A DNA stretch of 56,646 nt from Nemertoderma westbladi (GCA_032718475.1 JAUCBJ010000650.1:1-56646), one strand, 5' to 3'; shown: positions 12,861 to 25,416, numbered from the stretch's first letter. The notes: generated by a model not told the origin, from the sequence alone. A program made the numbers and translations.

Positions 12861-14265
12861 CTGTATGATGATAGGATACCTAAATGCAATAGCAAAGTCA
12901 ATGTTTTGTATCCCTTTTGGAGATACGTCTGTAGACGCACATTGTATTGCATATGGGCTGTCTCATCACGCAACCACCGCTGCCGTATCGACTTAAGTCA
13001 TTTCAAGGCAAGCGGGTAGTTGTTGACGAGCTTAGGTTGTCCATGGTGCCACCACATCACAACTTCGTAGTGGCCATTCGCAGTCTGGCAAATAATATTA
13101 TCGTTCATAATCTTTAATGACCGTTTTTCCTGTTGTGACATAGTGGTCTCGTAACTACATGGTTCTGCTGAGTCCTGTTCCAACCACTTAATGGTTTTAT
13201 CAGTCAACAGTCTGTCAAGCGCTACTTGCACTGCACCATGGTCCTTGTCTATGTCGTCGTCCGCTGCAGTGGCTAGTGTCAATGTGGCTGTGTCACTAGT
13301 CAGCATCGAAATGTCGTGAGGCGGTTCGACAACCTTTGGATCTATCAGTTGCCCGCTGTTACCACAGATGGGAGTGTCACCCATACTTGATGCAAGTTGA
13401 ACTGGTCTGTCCCAATCAACATCGCAATTGAGTGATAGTTAACTGGACATTCCGGTATTCCAAGATGTCGGAAATACTTACGGTCTTCCAGAGATTGCTC
13501 TGGCACAGGACCAAGCAAATTACTAAAGTCCTTAGTGGCAGCAAACGTAAGGTTTCTTACCGGAAGTAATGAGCATTCCTCTCTCTTTGGAAAGAAGAGT
13601 ATCCAGGGTCAGCTTGACCCTCGTAATGGGTATCGCTCTCATACCATGCATGCTGCTTACAGTATACAGAACAGTCTTACCTTGGCTCATGTCAGTGACT
13701 ATATCGGCTACCTGTTCGTCAATAGAACTATACGAGGACGCAGAGTCCAAGATAAGCATATATGCGCTTGCTCCCTCGGGTTTCAGTGATCTTGATGGGA
13801 ATCACGCTGAACACTTTCAGCTGATTCTGTGTAAGGAAAGTTACAGATGGCTGTTCTTCCTCACCCGCATGCACGTAAAAGGTTTCGTCCTCTAAATCGT
13901 CTTTATCTGACAATCCTAATTGGTCTACATAGTCTGTTTAGAAGGAACGGACTTCTCGCGGCATGCGCTCTTTGTAAAGTGCATCGCATTTTGCCGCTTT
14001 ATCGGGATATTCGTGTCGAAAATGCTTGGTTGGAGTATGACAAGTCGTATGGAGCAACGTTTCATGGTTGCGTCCGCATAGAGGACAAGTGTCGTCGCCC
14101 AGACAGTCCTTCCGGATGTACCCAGGCATGGTACATCTCCAACAAGAATCCAACGGACGGATCTGGAGCCTTCTCTCCTCCACTTCTAGATCCTTAAAGG
14201 CGCGACATCCGCGTAGCTTGTGTCCATTGTATCATCCACCGTTCCGCTCACAGAACTGGCATCCA
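11696..14265 (-). mobile_element. Degenerate BEL/Pao retrotransposon (gag knuckles, protease, integrase; RT/RNase H deleted)
   Basis: Gag CQFC..GHKLRGC / CWRC..GY..KDC / CPLCGRNHETLLH; protease LDSAS; integrase motifs listed in the next feature; frameshifts; jump from NNYPLALK directly to the pre-integrase region. Confidence 0.92.
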
Positions 14266-16613
14266 ACTTAACTGACCATATTCTGTTTCGTAGGAAATAC
14301 AGGAGCTCTATACAAGACTGTAATGCATTTACACTTCGACCCTTCTCCAGTGATCACCGCCTTATTGTGGTCAAGGTAAGGTCTGTGTGCTAGCAGAACA
14401 TCGAAATCTGCCTTGCCGCGGCATGACTGGTCCTCTCTGTTGCAACAGCCAAGTGTGAGATCCAGCTTCACACTACAGCTGAGCAACAGGTATGAGGTTC
14501 TTGCCTCTGAGGCGGCAGATCACTGTGAGGGCTATACTGCCTTCACAGAAGCAGTTTAGTTAGCAGCTGCAGATACAGTTCCTGTATACCCTCGAAACAG
14601 GAAAAGGGCCCCCTGGACTGACAACAAAATTCAGAAGTGCCAAAATGACCTTTATAAGGCGCAGAAAGAGTCCCGACTCAAACAGACTACAGAGGCCAAG
14701 AATGCAGTTAAGGCTGCATCTAGGTCCCTGAATAAGCATTTCTCTATTAATCTACAGGAGCTAATAAACCAACAGGTTCATGCCATTAATGATGCTGACG
14801 ACAGCAGGCAATCATCTCAGGCATGGAAATCGATCAACTTGCTTGCTGGTCGGAAAAGCCAACCAACCACCAAGATTAAGGCTGAATCACCAGCCGATCG
14901 CCTCAATGGTTGGAAGGCACACTTTGAAAAACTCCTGAATAATGACAGGGTATTACCTGATAACTTTATAGAAGTAAAAGTGTCTGAGTCTGTACTCCCA
15001 GATATTCCCATTGGCGATATCCCTTTGCAGAAGTGAAGGCTGCTGCAAAGAGCATTAAAACCAATCGTGCTAGTAGAGTAGATGGTGTTCTCCCTGAGGT
15101 TTTTAAAATACCTGAGTGTTTAAAGCTCATCTATCCCATCATAGTAGACATGTACCGAACAACAAGAGTCCCACAAGAAATGAAAACAAATAAGTTGGTG
15201 CCAGTTCCCAAGAAGGGCAACCTAACACTCTATGGTTCTTTTCGGGGAATCTCATTTATCTCGATTGCTGCAAAGCTATACAATAGAATTCTATTAAATA
15301 GCATCAGGGATCCCATTGAGAGACTGCTCCGTGGAAATCAGAATGGGTTCCGTAAAGGTCGTGGGACAATGGAGCCCATTTTGGCACTTAGACGGATAAT
15401 TGAAGAGTTATCAAAATGATATCAAATTGAAGAGTTATGCATCTGGCTGTTATCTTTGTTGACTTCTTCAAGGCCTTTGATTCAGTCTCTCACTCACGCA
15501 TGTTCAGCATACTTTCATTATATGGGATTCCAGATGAAATTATTGCAGCAATCAGATCAGTATACGATGGTTCGACAACATTAGTGTCTACTGTTGACGG
15601 TGACACAGAACCATTTGAAGTGTTATGGGGCGTCATCCAGGGAGACACACTTGCACCATTCTTGTTCATAATTGTGGTTGACTATGTTCTACGCATGTCC
15701 TTAGATCATCATAATGATGATGGGGTGATGATAACTCCACCTACTGGCTCCAGAAGTCGAGGAAATCCTGCCAAGTACCTAACTGATCTAGACTTTGCTG
15801 ATGACTTAGGAGTACTATCAGAATCATTAGAGGGAGCCCAACGGCTCCTCAGCTCATTAGAACATGCTGCTTCTAGTGTTGGCCTTTTTATTAACTCCAG
15901 AAAGACCAAAATTCTGACAGTTAACTTTGAAAGTCCTCAGCAAGTCTCTGATCGGATGAGCATAAGCTCAAAGGATGGTATGCTTGAGCATGTGGACGAC
16001 TTCTGTTACCTGGGATCATGGATCCGGAAGTCAGGTGAGGACCTTCGAATACGTAAGGGAAAGGCATGGGCAGCCTTGAATAGGCTTTCCAGGATTTGGA
16101 AGTCACCGAGAATTAATCGGAAACTTAAGGTCCGATTATTTAGAGCAGCAGTAGTTCCAGTACTCCTCTACGGGAGTCCATGCTGGGCTCTAACTGCTGA
16201 GGACACCAAATCTCTGGATGGCACATTCACAAGAATGCTACGCCGGGTTCATTGTGTCAAGTACAATGCACACATCTCCAACCAGACACTATATAACATT
16301 GGAGGTGTCTCATTGGTTCCCCCAAGCTTGACACTAGAACAAAATCGCCTCCGCTTTGCAGGACATTGCTTTCGCCGTGAGACCAGCCAGTGCATAATCT
16401 TGTATTTTGGCAGCCTCATGGAGTGAATAAGCATGGTGGACAGCCCATGACTTTCTTGAGACGCATCTTAAAGGACACTGGCCTTGAAGATGCGGATGAT
16501 CTAGCAAATGTCATGGGTGATAGGGAGTTGTGTCGGCGCAATTTTGTCGACAAGCCGGCACAGCATTCTTAAAAATACAGCTGCAATGCAGCATGCCGAT
16601 GATAGTAGTAGTA
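14266..16613 (+). mobile_element. 5'-truncated RTE-like non-LTR retrotransposon (end of endonuclease plus RT), pseudogenised
   Basis: SDHRL endonuclease end; PVPKKG, FRGIS, NQNGFRKGR, FVDFFKAFDS, GVIQGDTLAPFLF, LDFADD, YLGS, LRFAGHCFR; (TAG)n tail; stop and frameshifts. Confidence 0.93.
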
Positions 16614-16765
16614 CTTGAGAAAGCCCCCATTGGGGCGAAACCTACTGATCAGCTGACAGATGTCAGCTGATCAGTGATTGCATGCAACGTCTACAGGTCA
16701 GTTGCTTTTTTACTGTTTCATTTGTACTGCATACCCACCGGTAAGGTTTTTACTTCACTGCTATG
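16614..16765 (+). mobile_element. Penelope-like pseudo-LTR fragment
   Basis: TGAGAAAGCCCC..GGGGCGAAAC followed by GATCAGCTG..ATTGCATGCAACGTCTA..CACCGGTAAGGTTTTTACTT, shared with 18994-19130. Confidence 0.45.
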
Positions 16766-16829
16766 GCATCATATCTGGCTCAAAATTCAATATTTGAAGT
16801 GGGGTTGCAATATTTAAAAATACTGCAAA

Positions 16830-17125
16830 ATATTGACACAGTTCAGTTTAAATATTGACACAGCACAATATAATATTGACACAGTACAATATAATATTGA
16901 CCCAGTACAATATAATATTGACACAGTACAGTATTATATTGACACAGTACAGTATAAAATTGACGCAGTACAGTTTAAATATTGACACAGTACAGTATAA
17001 TATTAACACAGTACAGTTGAAATATTGACACAGTGCAGTATAATATTAACACAGTACAGTATAATATTAACACAGTACAGTTTAAATATTGACACAGTAT
17101 AGTATAATATTGACGCAGTACAATA
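16830..17125. repeat. 21-bp minisatellite (AATATTGACACAGTACAGTAT)
   Basis: About 13 tandem copies visible. Confidence 0.93.
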
Positions 17126-17195
17126 TGAAATGACAATTCAAATTCCCTCTACCCACACACATCCCATTTGATTGGATATAAAGTGGAATTGTACT

Positions 17196-18568
17196 TGTAC
17201 AGCAGTATTGCTGTAACTAAATCACTGCAACAACACAAATTAGCATAGCAATTAGCTAGTAGTACGGTACTGCGCTCACTACCAGTCAGCTAGTGCATTA
17301 AAACCACACAGTAGCGTATCAGCACACCAGTATATTAACTTAACACTTAATGTAGTGCACAGTTAGTGGTTAGCAGTGTAAGACACAAAGGCCACCCCTG
17401 GCTACATATAGGCTTCCTAACTAATCCCAAGTTCTGCCCCCTAACACTACAAAGTAGAGACAAAATCTGGATCGTCAGCCCCTTAATACTGTAATGACGG
17501 TAGGTCCTCGGTCCCCACTGACTACCTCCCAACCGCAATGGTGACCCCCCTGCCAGCGTTGCCCCGTTTTGGATCCTCTGCACTCCCTTCGTCGCTTCCC
17601 CCCAGTGCACCCGCCGCGCCTACCGGTACCTTAGCCCTCCAGTAGAACAAATAGCTGCCGTATCGGCGCATGCATTCGCAAACAGTCTGACAGTCTAAAG
17701 AAATCCCGTAGGATTATCGCATCTTAAATCACATAGAAACTAGTAATCAAAGGTGGAAATCATAGTTCGAGATTGTAATTTGCAGTAATCAATATCAAAT
17801 AAGATTAATTACAGAAAGAAAGGCAAGAATTCAAAGCAGAAATTACAAAATCAGAATATACAAAAGAAATACGAATCATACAGAAATATTGCAAAAACAG
17901 AAGAAAAATAATGCAGGTAACAGGAAATTAAGATAGATAGCACATACCGGAAACACAGCCAATTTATAGGTGATGCACTAGGGATGACGCAATAATCGTC
18001 TCATTGGTCCAGCAACCCACGCCACCATTAGACCAACCTGGAACAGCTGGGCCAATAAGGAAGACGGATTGTGATCCTCGGGGCTTCTAAATCACAAATT
18101 ATTACCATTTATGGTAATGAAATGCCTCCCGGGTTGCTGGCCCTAACATTAATTTCGCGATTATTAAAGTACATTAAGCACAATTTGATATAAAGCCAAT
18201 TTAAAGACAAATACAAACGGAAATTAATGCAAATACACGTTAATTCAATTAATACTAATAAACAGCAAGCTCATATCAAGGTTTTTATAGGAAACTTGCT
18301 ACCGCAATGTTATTTAGTAATGTTTTATTACAAAATTACATACATAAGGCTACATACTATACAAAATGGATAAGATCTATAAACTCGGATATTTTATTTT
18401 CCCTATCTAATTACGGCTGTACGTCATTGTGGCTTATCTAAATATTCTATACTGCCTTTCAGAAACTGTCACAGACTTTCAGTAGCCAAGCAGATGCGGC
18501 GACGCGTATTTCCCAAGACTTAAACACACACACTGGTCGGGATCTTTGCCAACTCAGATCCCGTCACA
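17196..18568 (+). mobile_element. Long LTR-like segment related to the 23511 family (left boundary uncertain)
   Basis: Ends CGGGATCT..AGATCCCGTCACA, matching the termini at 23511/29291, 34059 and 54441; adjacent GTGTGTTT..TACGCGTC motif is also shared; no TSD found. Confidence 0.6.
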
Positions 18569-18689
18569 ATGCAACTAATATCAAATCTTGAAAAGCCTTT
18601 TTCACCCAGGTGAAACACATTTATCACCTGGGTGAAAAACATGTACACATGTAATTAGTTTCAATTGAAGTAGAAGCTTGATTAACCAA

Positions 18690-19163
18690 TAATTACGAAT
18701 TATATTTACATATTTATCAAGCACGTTAAGTAAAAAACCTTACCGGTAGGTGTTTTAGTACCAAAGTATGTAAAAATCTAAAAAGTAAAAAGACCTAGAC
18801 CTTGCATCCAATCGGTCTTGCAAAAGATTGAAAAAGATTCAAACACACACGCCCGTTATCAACAAGCAGAAACGTGATTGGCGCAAGATTGTGGTGCTGC
18901 TTCCCAGTGGTTAGTTACAGTCTTCTCCATTCATTTAAATTCCCGTTCTGTCTCCCTTTGTGAATTTCGCTCTACTATTCCTGGCTTGGCCTCCTGAGAA
19001 TGCCTTTAGCTGTGGGGAGAAACTTACCGATCAGCTGGCTGCTGTCACTGATTGCATGCAACGTCTAAGTTTTTAGTTTTTACATACTTTGGTACTAACA
19101 CATCCACCGGTAAAGTTTTTTACTTAACGTGCTTGATAAGTAAATAAATATAATTCGTAATTA
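18690..19163. mobile_element. Inverted-repeat (about 120-bp arms) Penelope-like remnant
   Basis: 18690-18812 is an imperfect reverse complement of about 19048-19163; the right arm is homologous to 16670-16755. Confidence 0.6.
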
Positions 19164-19782
19164 GTTTCCTATATCGAAAGCTCATTTTTATTAATGTTCA
19201 AGTTTTAAACGTATTATATTATTACTGTTATTAATATTAACTAATGTTTGAGTGATCGATTTGTGTAGCCTAAGCCAATTTTAATATTCATACCCCCTCC
19301 CCCCCACCCCCGTCATATGACCAGTAATTGAAATAAATAAATGTTATACGTTTATTTCCAACGTCATTATATTCTTAAGTTTATCATTTATTTATTTTTT
19401 ATTTATTTTTTTTTTTTGGAATGCGATAGGTTCAATTTAATGGCATCACAATAGCTGTCAAAATTATTCCAAATTATATTAGCGAATATTGAATACATAT
19501 TTGCACAGTATTGATTGAATTTCTGTTAAATATTGAAGTAACGTTAATATAATATTACTCTTGATATTACTCGCAATATTTATATTGAAGAATAAAATCT
19601 TGAACTTTATGTCTATTCAATTAATTAAAAATTTTTTTTTTTTTTTTTGCCGATAGTTTATTGTCGAGAGTTTATCATTTATACTTAAGTTCATTTTGTT
19701 GCTTAATTCACATAAATAATAAGTAAACATGGGGAGTGGTTGGTGGGGCGGTAAACTTGACGAAAATCCCATCTATCATAAA

Positions 19783-19985
19783 TGTTTTTCACCCACGAGG
19801 TAAATGTTTTTCAGCCGGGTGATAAATGTTTTTCACCTGGGAGGTAAATGTTTTTTACCCAGGTGATAAATCTTTTTCACCCGGGAGGTAAATTTTTTTC
19901 ACCCTTGTATTAAATGTTTTTCACTCGGGTGATAACTATTTTTCACCCGGGTGATAAATGACTTTCACCCGGGTGAAAAACATAA
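19783..19985. repeat. 21-bp tandem repeat (TTTTCACCCGGGTGATAAATG), with an inverted partner at 18597-18642
   Basis: About 9 copies; the partner suggests the ends of a foldback element. Confidence 0.85.
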
Positions 19986-20444
19986 AAAAAATTGAAATAA
20001 TAAGCAACCAGTACCAATCATCCACCGTAGTGAAGCCCCGGCCCCAAGCTAACGAAAATGTACAAATATGATACAAACATCGTTACTTTCAAAGCAGAAT
20101 CCAAACAAACCACTAGCTAATAAATTAAATAACACAATGTGATGGATTTTCAATGTTCCAAAAGAGTATCAAAGAAACTCCGTCATTATGGTATGTTGGT
20201 GTTGTAGAAGATAAAGAATATATATAACAAAGAAACTCCATCATTATGGTATGTTGGTGTTGTAGACGATCACTGGAGATTACAGTGAATCTATTATTCC
20301 ACGAAGTAGATTACAAACAAACTTGCAAACTTTGCCTCGTTGCTTCCTAATAAAAACAACAATAACATTTATATAAACTTTATATTTATGGACAGTGTTA
20401 CATAATACAATTGTACCCTCTAAAATCAGATCAAGTATTATACC

Positions 20445-21450
20445 GGCTATAGGACAATAGCCCCTCAGACAGTAGCTCCCCAGACAGTAGCTCTCCAGAC
20501 AGTAGCTCCCCAGGCAGTAGCTCCCCGGACAGTAGCTCTCCGGACAGTAGCTCCCCAGGCAGTAGCTCCCCGGACAGTAGCTCTCCGGACAGTAGCTCCC
20601 CAGGCAGTAGCTCCCCGGACAATAGCCCCTCAGACAGTAGCTCCCCAGACAGTAGCTCTCCAGACAGTAGCTCCCCGGACAATAGCCCTCCGAACAGTAG
20701 CCCCCTGGACAATAGCTCTCCGGACAGTAGCTCCCCAGGCAGTAGCTCCCTGGACAATAGCCCTCCGGACAGTAGCTCCCCAGGCAGTAGCTCTCCGGAC
20801 AGTAGCTCTCCAGACAGTAGCTCCCCGGACAATAGCCCTCCGAACAGTAACCACCTGGACAATAGCTCCCCGGACAATAGCCCTCCGAACAGTAACCACC
20901 TGGACAATAGCTCTCCAGACAGTAGCTCCCCGGACAATAGCCCTCCGAACAGTAGCCCCCTGGACAATAGCTCTCCGGACAGTAGCTCCCCAGGCAGTAG
21001 CTCCCTGGACAATAGCCCTCCGGACAGTAGCTCCCCAGGCAGTAGCTCTCCGGACAGTAGCTCTCCAGACAGTAGCTCCCCGGACAATAGCCCTCCGAAC
21101 AGTAACCACCTGGACAATAGCCCTCCGAACAGTAGCCCCCTGGACAATAGCTCTCCGGATAGTAGCTCCCCAGGCAGTAGCTCCCTGGACAATAGCCCTC
21201 CGGACAGTAGCTCCCCAGGCAGTAGCTCTCCGGACAGTAGCTCTCCAGACAGTAGCTCCCCGGACAATAGCCCTCCGAACAGTAACCACCTGGACAATAG
21301 CTCTCCGGACAGTAGCTCCCCAGGCAGTAGCTCCCCGGACAATAGCCCTCCGAACAGTAGCCCCCTGGACAATAGCCCCCCAGAGAGTAGCCCCCGCACA
21401 ATAGCACACCTGGACAGTAGCTCCCCAGACAAAAGACCCCGGACAGTAGC
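20445..21450. repeat. 15-bp tandem array (GGACAGTAGCTCCCC), arm of a foldback/MULE-type element
   Basis: About 66 units with higher-order repetition; same unit family as the 9-bp-TSD element at 40446-40803. Confidence 0.92.
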
Positions 21451-23252
21451 CACGTATAATAACCCCCACATACAAACTGAAGAGTTCTAAACGTTCCAAA
21501 TGTTCTCAATCTACGAGTAATAAATAAAATACTGCCAACTACGTGAGCAAAAAGAAGAACAGTCTACTAATCAATATTATGCTTCGGGTCCTGCAACTGC
21601 TTTTAAATCAAATATTTGGAGATCTGAACGACACCAACAAGTTTCCATAAATTATCGGCTGAATGTATCTGTAAATATTGCGGCAGCACTGCAGAATACA
21701 GGTACTACGTTCTGGAATACTCCAGCGCCACAGGGCTGACATCATTAGCAGCGACATAAAGCAAAACTAAGGCGTGTAATCATTAAACTTTAACTATCCG
21801 CACACGGATGGATACAAAGATCGTAATAACTATGAGCTCATTATTCTGGAAGGATACAAACGACACTGATCAATATCACAATATACATCAAGTATAACGT
21901 TTAGGAAGGAGACTGTTGGTGAAGCCTGATTGGCTCAACCAGGTCCAGTGTACTGGCTTCTAATTGGATCCGACTGCAACTAATAATACTAAGAGGCAGC
22001 ATATGGGTGTAACTAATGTTTACTTGTCTCCTTCCTTCTAGCCAATGACACAATAATTGGGTTGGCATAGGGACACCCTACGCCTACTGGTTGTATGTAC
22101 ACTAGGGCGGTGCGTTTTTTACTTTTTTCGATTTCGTTGTTCTACCGGTGCGCAAAAGTTGCCAAATGGTAAAAAATTAAGGCAAAAAAAATTTCTCTAA
22201 ATTTCATCGATATCTTGATGGATCCCAAGGGGATTGAAATTTTGAGCCATCGCGATGCACCACAATTAAATTTAAAACAATATTACACATTAATGAAAGA
22301 TCAATGACCCAAGAAAGAACTTCCTGCATGCATCAAATGTCATCAAATGGGTCCTAACTTAGTTTGATACCAAAATTTTAATTTTTGGTTCAAATAAGCT
22401 GATACTCCTGAAGAATGTGTTGGGGAAATGGAAAGATCACTTCAGCAACTTGCTTGGTAAAGTAAATAAATAATAAATAAATAAATAAATAAAGTAAATA
22501 AAGTAAATATTTTGTGGAGCTATTTTAACATTACAAGCTTTTTTTCATTTTTGACATGTCTGCGCCCACTTTTGAGAATTTCAAACTATCTTAAACAAGA
22601 GGTGTAGCTCCAATTTATAATCTTTAGAGGTTTTCGTTATCCCTGAGTTCAGAAAAACGGGTTAGAGTGCGTCAAAAATTGTTTTGGCACGAAAATGACA
22701 AGTATTTTTCATTTTGGCATGTTTGCACCAACTTTCAAAATTACAATACACTTCAAATTTAAACTTTCCATCTTAAACTAAATTTTTCTAAGCCGGATAT
22801 TTGCGCTGATTTCAAAAATGAACCCAGATTTTTCGTAACAGCTAGTTTTCCTTGTTTACAGTGTATTTGGGGATACTACATTCAGTGGTTCCAAATATAC
22901 ATGTTTTGACAAATTTGGTCGAGCTAAATATAATTTAAATAGCGAATAATTATGGTTATTGATAAAAAATACTACTGATGCCAGATAATACTTCCTTTTT
23001 AAGCCACTCTTTTCCATTTAGGATTTGTTAATAAAAAGGAGGCAAATTCAAAAGCTCTAGAATATAATATTTAGCAGATTGATTGAATTACTTAACTTGC
23101 TATTTCACTATACTACAGTATAGTGCAGTACAGCCTACAGTACAGCCTATATGTACACATATAGGCACGTTTTTATTTCGAATACCGGATTGGATTAAAA
23201 TTTTGAAGTTGTTTAATTGACATAACTACTACTGGATTAAGAAATTAATCGT

Positions 23253-23510
23253 ATGGCCTCAACATCTCATGCTCGGACAGCCCGATCGCATGAAGACAGT
23301 CACCTTGCAGTTTGTCTTATTTGCATGGGAAAGAGTAAGGATATGAGACCGGTTGGAAGTAACTTACTGGAACTAATATCAGAATTTGTTTTGACTAATT
23401 ATGATCCGGAAGATAAAAGGCTACCTATTGCAGTTTGTGCTACTTGCCGGCAAGTTGTACATGAATATGGGCATGGTAAGTTTGAGAGATCGCTATCAGT
23501 TTTCGATCAT
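23253..23510 (+). pseudogene. Chapaev transposase N-terminal zinc finger (RAG1-N-like Chapa domain)
   Basis: H-x7-CLIC...D..DKRLPIAVCATC; the frame continues across the TSD into SKIADID..CNCLVC..KKRRGRP at 29856. Confidence 0.8.
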
Positions 23511-24070
23511 TGTGACGGGATCCGAGAGGATCCCGGTTTATCCGGTGTGTTTCGTACGCGTCCCCGCCCCGCCGTGTGAATGGAAAAGGTAATAATTGTT
23601 CTAGTGTCGTTGTCGAACTCTGATAACGTTGAGATAATAAATGATGAGTGATACAGATAGCACAGTAGATAAAGCTAATATACCGGTAATATGGTGACGG
23701 TGGCGACGACGGTCTTAACAGTCACCGTACTGCCTTACTGTACTGGGATAGCTGACTGAGTAAACTGACTATAATGATAACCGTACAGGTAATATATATT
23801 GCACGGGTTTGGCCGTTACAGTACTTAGTCGATGCTGTCCCCCCATTGGCTAATACCCCTGTTGGCACCCTTTGCCCCCCTCTGAAGTGCTTCCCTTCGC
23901 CCTTGCTGTTCTCTCTTGGTTAGGGGTTTGGCCCCTGACCCCTATTGTGTGCTTCCTTCCCACTCTTATTGGGATGGCACGAGTTGGTTAATTGCCCAAT
24001 CTCGTGGCTCCCAATATTGCTTATTGGCTTATAACTTTGTGGGGTGTTAGCGGAATTGGATAAGCTAACA
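23511..24070 (-). repeat. 3' LTR of element A
   Basis: Direct repeat of 29291-29850; adjacent to the PPT. Confidence 0.97.
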
Positions 24071-24557
24071 CTCCCCCCCATGCTATCTTCCCGGTAAGAA
24101 GATAGCATCCAACTAAAGTGCGCTACAATTCCGCTGGAACTCGATCTATTATCGGGTGTGGGGTGGAGTTATTTTCTTGGAGTCGGCTTTCCAGGCCGCT
24201 CCCTATGGGTATGATGTCACTACCCTCTGGCGTCTCGTCGGGCCGATCGTGCGCTTCTCTCACACAATTTTTGTTTCCCCAACACTCTCGCCACTCTAAC
24301 TTCGCTCTCTAACTCAACTCGCTCTCTCCCCACTCTTACACTCTCCCCACACCTGAATCGCACTCTAACTTCTCGCCAACAGCTCTTCTCACTATCTCCT
24401 CTCTACTCTCTGCCACTCCCTAAGGCCCTAATCTCTAATGCTACCCCTGTGCTATCATACTATCTACCTTATCTAACTTACTAACTCTAACTATCTAACT
24501 CTACTAACTACTAACTCTACTCTCTGCTAAGTCTACTAACTCTTACCAACTCTTCTA

Positions 24558-25171
24558 CTACGTGGCGCTTAGGGTGCCCACAACCCTCTGCTACTACCTC
24601 CATCTACGTGGCGCTTGCGGTGCCCACAACCACTCTACTACTAACTCTAACTAAAAACCCTCTAACTTTCTGCTAACTCTATCTACGTGGCGCTAACGGT
24701 GCCCACAACCACAACCGGTACTATGTACCCTCTTACTAACTCTATCTCCATCTACGTGGCGCTAACGGTGCCCACAACCACTCTACTACTGCTTCTACTC
24801 TGCTACTATCTTTCTAACTCTACTAACTCTCTACTGTCTCTAACTCTACTAGCTGGCACCCTATGTGCCCGTCTCTACCACTCTACTCTATCTACATCTC
24901 CACCTCCACTAATACCTCTATCTACGTGGCGCTTGCGGTGCCCACAACCACTCCCTGCTACTACTTTCTACGTGGCGCTTCCGGTGCCCACAACCACTCT
25001 CTTACTACTTTCTACGTGGCGCTTCCGGTGCCCACAACCCCTCTCTTGCTACTTTCTACGTGGCGCTTCCGGTGCCCACAACCTCTCTCTTGCTACTTTC
25101 TACGTGGCGCTTCCGGTGCCCACGACCCCCCTACTACTACTTTCTACGTGGCGCTTACGGTGCCCACAACC
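24558..25171. repeat. Array of ten 28-bp hairpin repeats CTACGTGGCGCTnnnGGTGCCCACAACC
   Basis: Copies start at 24558, 24604, 24683, 24752, 24922, 24968, 25012, 25056, 25100, 25144. Confidence 0.95.
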
Positions 25172-25416
25172 CCCCTACTACTACTCGTGGCATGACAATA
25201 TGCCACACTCCCTTACCCCGCCGCCTTCTAACTCTACTCTCCTATCTTCGAACTACTTCTTACTTCTACTAACTATTATTTTAATTATTTAATTATTTAT
25301 TATTATTTATTTTTTATTTTTAATTAAATAATTAATTTATATGTGGGAATTAATTTATATGTGGGAAGGGCGTCTCGCCCTCATTCCCACCCCCCTCAGT
25401 CCAAAATCTTGGACGA

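Noticed and set aside
16614-16660. Hammerhead ribozyme at TGAGAA..GGCGAAAC (and CTGAGAA..GAAAC at 18994-19025)
   Set aside because: The core deviates from CUGANGA and stems I and III cannot be formed convincingly; at most degenerate relics
20169-20270. Short direct duplication CAAAGAAACTCC.TCATTATGGTATGTTGGTGTTGTAGA
   Set aside because: Two-copy local duplication with no further structure
20280-21509. Three long overlapping ORFs (GSYCP / GELLS / GATVR repeats)
   Set aside because: Artefact of a stop-free 15-bp tandem repeat; the same applies to 40409-40723
24558-25171. CRISPR array (28-bp palindromic repeats with spacers)
   Set aside because: Eukaryotic LTR-element context, no cas genes, and the spacers are low-complexity, related to each other and very uneven in length (16-142 bp)
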